Shown here piece after piece: positions 22,030 through 28,052 of a DNA stretch of 28,052 nucleotides. The notes under the pieces are model-generated. The model did no database searches and had not been told where the DNA came from. It was given only the letters and a program-made list of their open reading frames with translations. A program made the translations under genes and the position numbers. This DNA comes from Chiloscyllium plagiosum. Taxonomy: Eukaryota. Location: the NCBI RefSeq assembly GCF_004010195.1, contig NC_057720.1:12092543-12120594 (forward strand), read 5' to 3'. Every line of letters starts with the position of its first letter. Position 1 is the first letter of the stretch.

Positions 22030-22755
22030 TGTATTTATATAGCTCCTTTCCTCATGTTGTCTCAAAGCAACTTGCAATAAATAACATTGTTTTGAAGTGC
22101 AGTCAGTATTGAAGTATTGGAAATGCAGGAATCAATTTGCTTAAAGCAAGCTATGTCCTTTTGTCATATTGATTGAGAAATAAATATTAACCAGCACACA
22201 GGGAGGATTTCCCTGGTCTCTTTCCAAAAGCATTATGGGATCTTTTGTGTCTCTAGTTTAACGTCTCATCTGAAAGACAGCACTCCTGGCTGTGCAACCT
22301 TCCCGCAGATCTGCTTGGGAGCGTCAGTTGAGAATTTGCACTTGAAGCTGCAATCATGAGAGGCATAGATGAGCTTTACCCAATGGTGAGGAAGTCTAAA
22401 ACTAGAGTGCGTAGGTTTAAGGTGAGAGGGGAGAGATACAAAAGGGTCCAGAGGGGCAGTTTTCACCCACAGAGGGTGATGAGTGTCTGGAAGGGGCTGC
22501 TAGAGATAGTGGTGGAGACAAGTACAGTTTTGTCATTTAAGAAACATTTGGACAGGTACATGGATGTGATAGGTATGGAGGGATATGGACCAAACACAGG
22601 CAAATGGGACTAGATTAATTGTGAAAACTGGGCAGCATGGACAAGTCGGGTTGAAGGGCCTTTTTTCATGCTATAAACCTCTATGACTCCAAGCTGTTGA
22701 ATGGAATTTGAACCCAAGGCTGTTCCAGTTGTAGGAATGTAACTGCTGAGCCGTG
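22030..22755 (-). mobile_element. Ancient Deu-domain-like tRNA SINE split by a CR1 insertion
   Basis: Recalled similarity to DeuSINE/SacSINE-type sequence (gtttaacgtctcatctgaaagacagcac; atttgaaccc B-box antisense). A similar relic lies at about 16410-16730. Confidence 0.55.
22351..22690 (+). mobile_element. CR1 LINE 3' end
   Basis: IMRGID...FKVRGERYK...QRVMSVWKGL peptide, ctatgact tail and TSD aagctg (22345-22350, 22691-22696). Confidence 0.87.
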
Positions 22756-23063
22756 GCTGTCACAAGACATGACAGATTGTGCTGTAAGTGTGTAGGACAA
22801 GTTAGCTGTGATTATCAGTTGTCCATGTTTACCTCCTGTTGGACAGGGTTGCAGTCAATATTATTCATGTACTGGGCAATTGTATTTTTATATATAAGTT
22901 TTAAATTATGAGGACAAACTGCATAAACTTTGCTTTAGGAAGTCGAGGTGTGTTCTAACTGAGATCTTCAAAATGACTGAACAATATGTTAAAGGAAAAG
23001 TCAACTATGGCTTTGCAAATCTAAATCTGTATCAGTCTCTCAGTTTAGTTACTGCTTTAACAA

Positions 23064-23350
23064 GATTCCAGCCTCGGGCAACTGTCTGTGTGGAGTTTGC
23101 ACATTCTCACCGTCTCTGCGTGGATTTCCTCTGGGTGCTCTGGTTTCCTCCCACAATTCAAAGATGTGCAGCTTAGGTGGATTGGCTAAGCTAAATTGCC
23201 CATCGTGTTGAGGGATGTGTAAGTTAGGTGCATTAGTCAGGGTTAAATGTAGAGCAATAGGGTAGGGAAATGAGTCTGGGTGGGATACTCTTCCGAGGGT
23301 CAGTGTGGACTTGTTGGGACGGACAGTCTGTTTCCACATGAGGGATTCTT
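23064..23350 (+). mobile_element. HE1-type V-SINE, 5'-truncated
   Basis: V-domain and CR1-like tail are present; most of the tRNA head is missing. Confidence 0.85.
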
Positions 23351-23859
23351 TGAAGAGGCTTTCAAAAGAGGTTACTGCTTTTCACAAGATGTGAAAAGAT
23401 TTGTGTCTGAGTGTATTGGAATAATGGGTCAGCCTGGGTTCAACTGGTGCTATTCTCACCCCTGAGAGAGAAGATTGGGGTCAAAGCTCTGAGTGTATAA
23501 AGCAGGCTGAGGAAGCCGTGTGCTGTGGGAACTGTCATTTAAAGGTACCATGCCAGAACGGCATTCAAACTGCTTTGTTGGATGGAGATTAGCAAAATAG
23601 TAGGGGATCTCTCCCTTGCATTCTGGTCAATGCTCCTCAATGAATTTGACCCAAAATCATTTTTATCTTTTTCCTTTGCTCTGCTCAAAATTGAGCTGCA
23701 ACTTTTCCTGCATCACTGCAACAACAACCCTTCGAGCGTCTTGCATTCAATATTGTGCTGAAAGACGCTATATAAATACAAATTCTTTCTGTCTTTCAGT
23801 CTGTACAAAGGATGCATTTGCGACAATGTAATTTCCCTCTCTGTGACCTCCATCCACAG

Positions 23860-23990
23860 GTTCGAGTTGTGCCAGCAGTCGGCAGAACCTGAGCCTCTCC
23901 CTGCAGTCAAAGGGATCACAATCGCTCAACACTTACGCATCTGTGGGACTCCTCAGCAAGTACTCTGGCTCAGTGCAGAGCCTGGCCTCA
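23860..23990 (+). CDS. MIGA1: Mitoguardin 1 next coding exon (Ser-rich linker), phase 1 in, phase 0 out
   Basis: Acceptor ttccctctctgtgacctccatccacag|, donor TCA|gtaagt. The 131 nt complete the split Gly codon and read (G)SSCASSRQNLSLSLQSKGSQSLNTYASVGLLSKYSGSVQSLAS, matching recalled MIGA1 GSSCSSSRQNLTLSL...GLFSKYSGSAQSLAS. Absent from the ORF track. Confidence 0.93.
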
Positions 23991-24329
23991 GTAAGTAACT
24001 GATGAACAGTCACTCAAATCCTTGGATGAAGGAACTGAGAGCATTGTACTACGTTTTTGCAGGTGACACAAAGCTAGGTGGAGGGGCAGGTATTGTTGAG
24101 GAAGTGAGGAGGCTACAGAGAACTTGGACAGGGTAGGAGAATGGGCAAGCAAGTGGCAGATTGAATAGAGTCCGAAAGTGTGAGACACGTTGGCATGAAG
24201 AGTAAAGTGTAAACTGTTTTCTAAATGGGGAAAGACTTCGGAAATCTGAATCATAAAGGGTCTTGGGAGCCCTATTTCAGCACTCTTTTAAGATTAACAT
24301 GTCGATCCAGTTGGCAATTAGAAAGGCAA

Positions 24330-24555
24330 TTAGACCTATCACCTTCATCCCCACCCCCACTCACCTATTGTACTCTATGCTACTTTCTCCCCCCCCCCCC
24401 CCACTCACCTATTGTACTCTATGCTACTTTCTCCCCACCCCCACCCTCCTCTCATTTATCTCTCCACCCTCTGCCTGTGTTCCTGATGAAGGGCTTTTGC
24501 TGCTCCCCGGATGCTGCCTGAACTGCTGTGCTTTTCCAGCACCACTCTAATCTAG
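24330..24555 (+). mobile_element. Penelope-like terminal-repeat fragment with an internal duplication; hammerhead GAAA half deleted
   Basis: Perfect 14-bp TSD aattagaaaggcaa (24316-24329, 24556-24569). Reverse-complement homolog of 1446-1605; ccactcacctattgtactctatgctactttctcccc occurs twice. Confidence 0.82.
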
Positions 24556-25037
24556 AATTAGAAAGGCAAATGCAATGTTAACATTCAGTTTGAGAGGGCT
24601 AGAATACAAGAGCAGAGATGTCATGCTGAGCCTGTAAAAAGCTCCGGTCAGAACACATTTAGAATATTGTGAGCAGTTTTGGGCCCAATATCTAAGGAAG
24701 GATGTGCTGGCCTTGGAGGGGGTCAGAAGAAATTTACAGAATTATCGGAAATTACAGAAAACTGAAAGGCCTGGTTAGGGTGGATGTAGAGAAAATGTTT
24801 CCATGAGTGGGAGTAACCAGGCTCTGAGCGCACAGCCTCAGAGTGAAAGGATGACCTTTTGAAAACTGAGACGAGGAGGAATTTCTTTCAGCCAGAGGGT
24901 GGTGAATGAAAGAACAAAGAAAAGGAACAGGCCCTTTGGCCCACCAAGACTGCGCCGACACATTGTCTTTCTAAACTAAAAACCTTTTTGCCTCTATGTG
25001 GTCTGTATCCCTCCCTTCTCTGCTTATCCATATATCT

Positions 25038-25246
25038 AGGAGGAAGTGAGGACTGCAGATGCTGGAAATCAGAGCTGAAAAATGTGTTGCTGGAAAAGCG
25101 CAGCAGGTCAGGCAGCATCAAAGGAGCAGGAGAATCGACGTTTCGGGCATAAGCCCTTCTTCAGGAAAGAAGGGCTTATGCCCGAAACGTCGATTCTCCT
25201 GCTTCTTTGATGCTGCCTGACCTGCTGCGCTTTTCCAGCAACACAC
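25038..25246. mobile_element. Palindromic Penelope-like insertion, ACGU family
   Basis: 79-bp arms 25083-25161 and 25167-25245 with 1 mismatch and a 5-nt spacer; TSD atccatatatct (25026-25037, 25247-25258). Confidence 0.9.
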
Positions 25247-25509
25247 ATCCATATATCTGTCAAGATGCCCCCTAAATGTTGCTATTGTATTCACCACCTC
25301 CTATGGCTGCTCATCCCAGGCACGTACCACCCGCTGGAAAGAAGGGCTTATGCCCGAAACGTCGATTCTCCTGCTTCTTTGATGCTGCCTGACCTGCTGC
25401 ACTTTTCCAGCAACACACTTATTCATATATCTGTCAAGATGCCCCCTAAATGTTGCTATTGTATCCACCACCTCCTATGGCTGCTCATCCCAGGCACGTA
25501 CCACCCGCT
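25164..25509 (+). repeat. Tandem duplication, 172 bp + 174 bp
   Basis: 25164-25335 is repeated at 25336-25509 with about 3 substitutions and a 2-nt indel. Confidence 0.92.
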
Positions 25510-25949
25510 GTCTAAAAAGTCTTGCCTTTCACATCCTTTAAACTTACTTTTACCTTAAATCTGTGTCTTCCGGTAATTGGCATTTCTACTCCTGGAACAG
25601 AAGTCTAACCTGGGGAATTCATTGCTGCAGAAGGATGTGAAGACCTAGTCATTGAGTGTTTTTGAGACAGTGATAGGTAGGTTCTTGATTGTCATGGGGA
25701 TCAAAGGTTACAGGGAGAAGGCAAGAGATTGAGGCTGAGGAACATGTCAGCCAGGATTGAACAGGCATGATGGGCTGAGTAGCGTAATTCTGTTTCAATA
25801 TCTTATGGTGTCATGGAGGTTTGTTCAAGCCAACAGTGAAAGCTGAGGTGCATTTTTCACTTTGAAACCTCCAAGTCAAACCCATCACTCTCTAAAAAAC
25901 ATTTCTCATTTCCACTTCAGTTCAGATCAACCTTATGAATATATCATTA

Positions 25950-26275
25950 TAATGGAGATAACATTCAGAGCTGAAAATAAAGCAACTGTGAGAGACGAGA
26001 GAGAATAATATAGGAATAAGGAGTTGCCCAGTTAAGACAGAGATGTGGAATGTCTTCTCTCAGAGAGTAGTGAATCCTTGGAATTCTTTACCTGTCAAGG
26101 CTGGAGAATTAAGTGATGCTGAGATGAAAAAAAATTTTTAAACAGTAAGGGAACCATGGGTAGTCGAGAAAAGGTAGGAAAATATAGCTAATGATTATCA
26201 GATCAACTGTGATCTCATTGAAGGACAGAGCAATGGGCTGAATGGCCTCCTTCTGCTCCTATGTCTTATGGTCTT
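25950..26275 (+). mobile_element. Decayed CR1 3' end
   Basis: ttctctcagagagtagtgaat and tail atgggctgaatggcctccttctgctcctatgtcttatgg. Confidence 0.7.
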
Positions 26276-26524
26276 GACTTCAAAAGAATCGAAACTGGTG
26301 ATTTAGGTGAACCTTCCATTATCTATGTTTCCAACCTCTGACCTGCTCATAGGTCTACACACTTAATGCCTGGACATGTGGTATCCTTCGAGATGGTTAT
26401 TGGGCAAGTCTGGAGGTCTGCAACAGAGAAGACTAAAAAGCAGTCAGTCTTATGAACAAATTAGTGAAGCCCTCCTCCTCATAATTTAATGCTAAATCCC
26501 CTCCCACAATTTTCATCAGCCCTC

Positions 26525-26628
26525 ACCTCTCTCACACACACACGCACACCCACACACAAAATCTCTCTCTCACACACACGTACACGCACACAGTTGCGCG
26601 CTCACAGTCACACATACACACACACACG
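26525..26628. repeat. Imperfect (CT)n/(CA)n microsatellite
   Basis: Directly visible. Confidence 0.85.
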
Positions 26629-26892
26629 CTTCATCCATCAACAAAGTAAACAAGAAAAAATGAGTAATCACAGAATATTGGAGAAACTCAGCAGGTCAGA
26701 CAAGAATTGTGGGGAAAGAGTTCAGTATGACTCCTTCAAAACTGTCAAAGTGCCGAAGTGAGTTGCTCCAGGGTGTTCCAGTGGTCCAGGTAGCAGTCAG
26801 TTTGAGGGAGGTTGATGGGGAATACCAGGCATGATTTCCTGGAAAAGGGGCAATTGAAAAGAAGGGTAAGTGTCACCACTTACAACATATCG

Positions 26893-27125
26893 AATCATAC
26901 AACAGAGAAAAGGGCCCTGCGATCTGTTGAGTCTGTACTAATCAAGAATAAGAGCCTAACTATTCTAATCCCACTTTCCAGCAAATGGCCCATAGCCTTG
27001 CGTGCCTTTGCACTGCAAGTGCACATCTAAGTACATCTTCAATGTTATGAGGGTTTCTGCCTCTGCAACCCTTACAGGCAGGGAGTTCCAGATTCCTGCT
27101 ACGTTCTGGATAAAAACAGTATGAG
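26893..27125 (-). mobile_element. CR1 3' end fragment
   Basis: Antisense ctggaactccctgcctgtaagggttgcagaggcagaaaccctcataacatt plus a CR1-type tail. Confidence 0.72.
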
Positions 27126-27394
27126 GGCAACTCATTTAAGCGTGTCAGTCTTTTAAATGATTGCATGGTCAGGAGATGTATTGTGTGTGGAAGCCTTTGG
27201 CCTGCAATAAACCATGCTGTTTATGTCAAATGTTGCCTTTAAGCCTCGTGATTGAGAGGCACAGTTGGCCCTCGTTTCACGAGAACCAATGTTCAAAAAG
27301 TCCAGAATTTTCAAAAAGAGAACTGTCCATTCCATTGCATTTTTCACATCCCTGAGGGTAACATGGAACTATTTGTCTCAACGGATTGACATAT

Positions 27395-27435
27395 TTTCTT
27401 GAAGCTTTTCATATTGTACTCATCAGGACAATTCG
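27395..27435 (-). mobile_element. Penelope-like fragment, fourth hammerhead family
   Basis: Minus strand ttgtc-CTGATGA-gtacaatat-GAAA-AGCTTC, with AAGCUU palindrome and UUC triplet. Confidence 0.55.
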
Positions 27436-27452
27436 CAGATTTGGGAGTTTAA

Positions 27453-28052
27453 TCTTGTCAGATGTGGGAGTTTAAAGAGAGTTTAAGGGTTACTGCGGAT
27501 TATATCTGCCATAAATGCTGTTGGATGCGAAGCTTATCAGATCGAGTGGATCGGTTAGAGAGACAGATAGAAGCAATGAAGAATTTGCAACAGCAACAGT
27601 ATGTGATGGATGGCAGTTATAGGAAGGGGGGAAAGTCTCAGATACAGTCACATAGATGGGTTAACTCCAGGAAGGGTGAGAGAGGTCCGCACCTAGGGCA
27701 GGAGTCTTTTGTGGATATACCCATTTCAAACAGGTATGCTGTTTTGGAAAATGTAGGGGGTGATGGATTTTCAGGGGAACGTAGCACGAACAGCCAAGTT
27801 TCTGGTATTGAGACTGGCTCTAATGCAAAGAGGGGTACGTCGGCATCCAAGAGATCAATTGTGTTAGGGGATTCTGTAGTCAGAGGTACAGACAGACGTT
27901 TCTGTGGCCAGCAGAGAAAAAGCAGAATGGTGTGTTGTTTCCCTGGTGCCAGGATCAAGGATGTCTCAGAGAGGGTGGAGAATGTTCTCACGGAGGAGAG
28001 GGGCCAGCAGGAGGTCATTGTCCACATTGGAACCAACAACATAGGAAGGGAA
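27453..28052 (+). mobile_element. CR1 LINE ORF1 (zinc finger/leucine zipper plus SGNH esterase), open to the window edge
   Basis: 200 stop-free codons: SCQMWEFK...YICHKCC, LSDRVDRLERQIEAM coiled coil, IPISNRYAVL, IVLGDSVVRG, CFPGARI, VHIGTNN. It is not listed in the ORF track, probably because it has no stop codon inside the window. Confidence 0.9.

Larger units (their letters stand above)
6880..23859 (+). other. MIGA1: MIGA1 GT-AG intron, 16,980 nt, phase 1
   Basis: GT at 6880 and AG at 23858-23859; the flanking exons join in frame and are collinear with recalled MIGA1. Confidence 0.85.
24005..25812 (+). mobile_element. Decayed CR1 LINE immediately after the MIGA1 exon, with nested insertions
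   Basis: tttgcaggtgacacaaag (FAGDTK) and catttagaatattgtgagcagttttgggcc (HLEYCEQFWA). The element resumes at about 25608 after a nested antisense CR1 piece at about 24910-25600. Confidence 0.8.

Noticed and set aside
26353..26440. Candidate next MIGA1 exon after ctgctcatag
   Set aside because: The translation does not resemble the expected VQSVNSCHSC...ENLYLM segment and hits a stop. The next exon probably lies beyond the window.
27638..28042. 134-aa minus-strand ORF
   Set aside because: It is the antisense shadow of the plus-strand CR1 ORF1.

Overview
Eukaryotic, repeat-dense intronic DNA, most likely from a cartilaginous fish. The HE1/V-SINE, CR1 and Penelope-type repeat families point to a shark; this is an inference. 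The host gene is on the + strand and recognisable as mitoguardin 1 (MIGA1/FAM73A). Two coding exons (6684-6879, 23860-23990) join in phase across a 16,980-nt GT-AG intron; neighbouring exons were not found in the window. Almost everything else is mobile DNA: many CR1 LINE 3' fragments, an uninterrupted CR1 ORF1 running off the right edge, six HE1-type V-SINEs, other tRNA-derived SINEs, a solo LTR, a TA-flanked MITE and a G-rich minisatellite. The most notable hidden signal is a set of short Penelope-like terminal-repeat insertions from four families. All four families share a minimal hammerhead-ribozyme core (CUGANGA-stem-GAAA-palindrome-NUH), and several insertions form 78-94 bp near-perfect hairpins with 11-14 bp target-site duplications. 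Nearly all ORF-track entries are repeat-derived or spurious.
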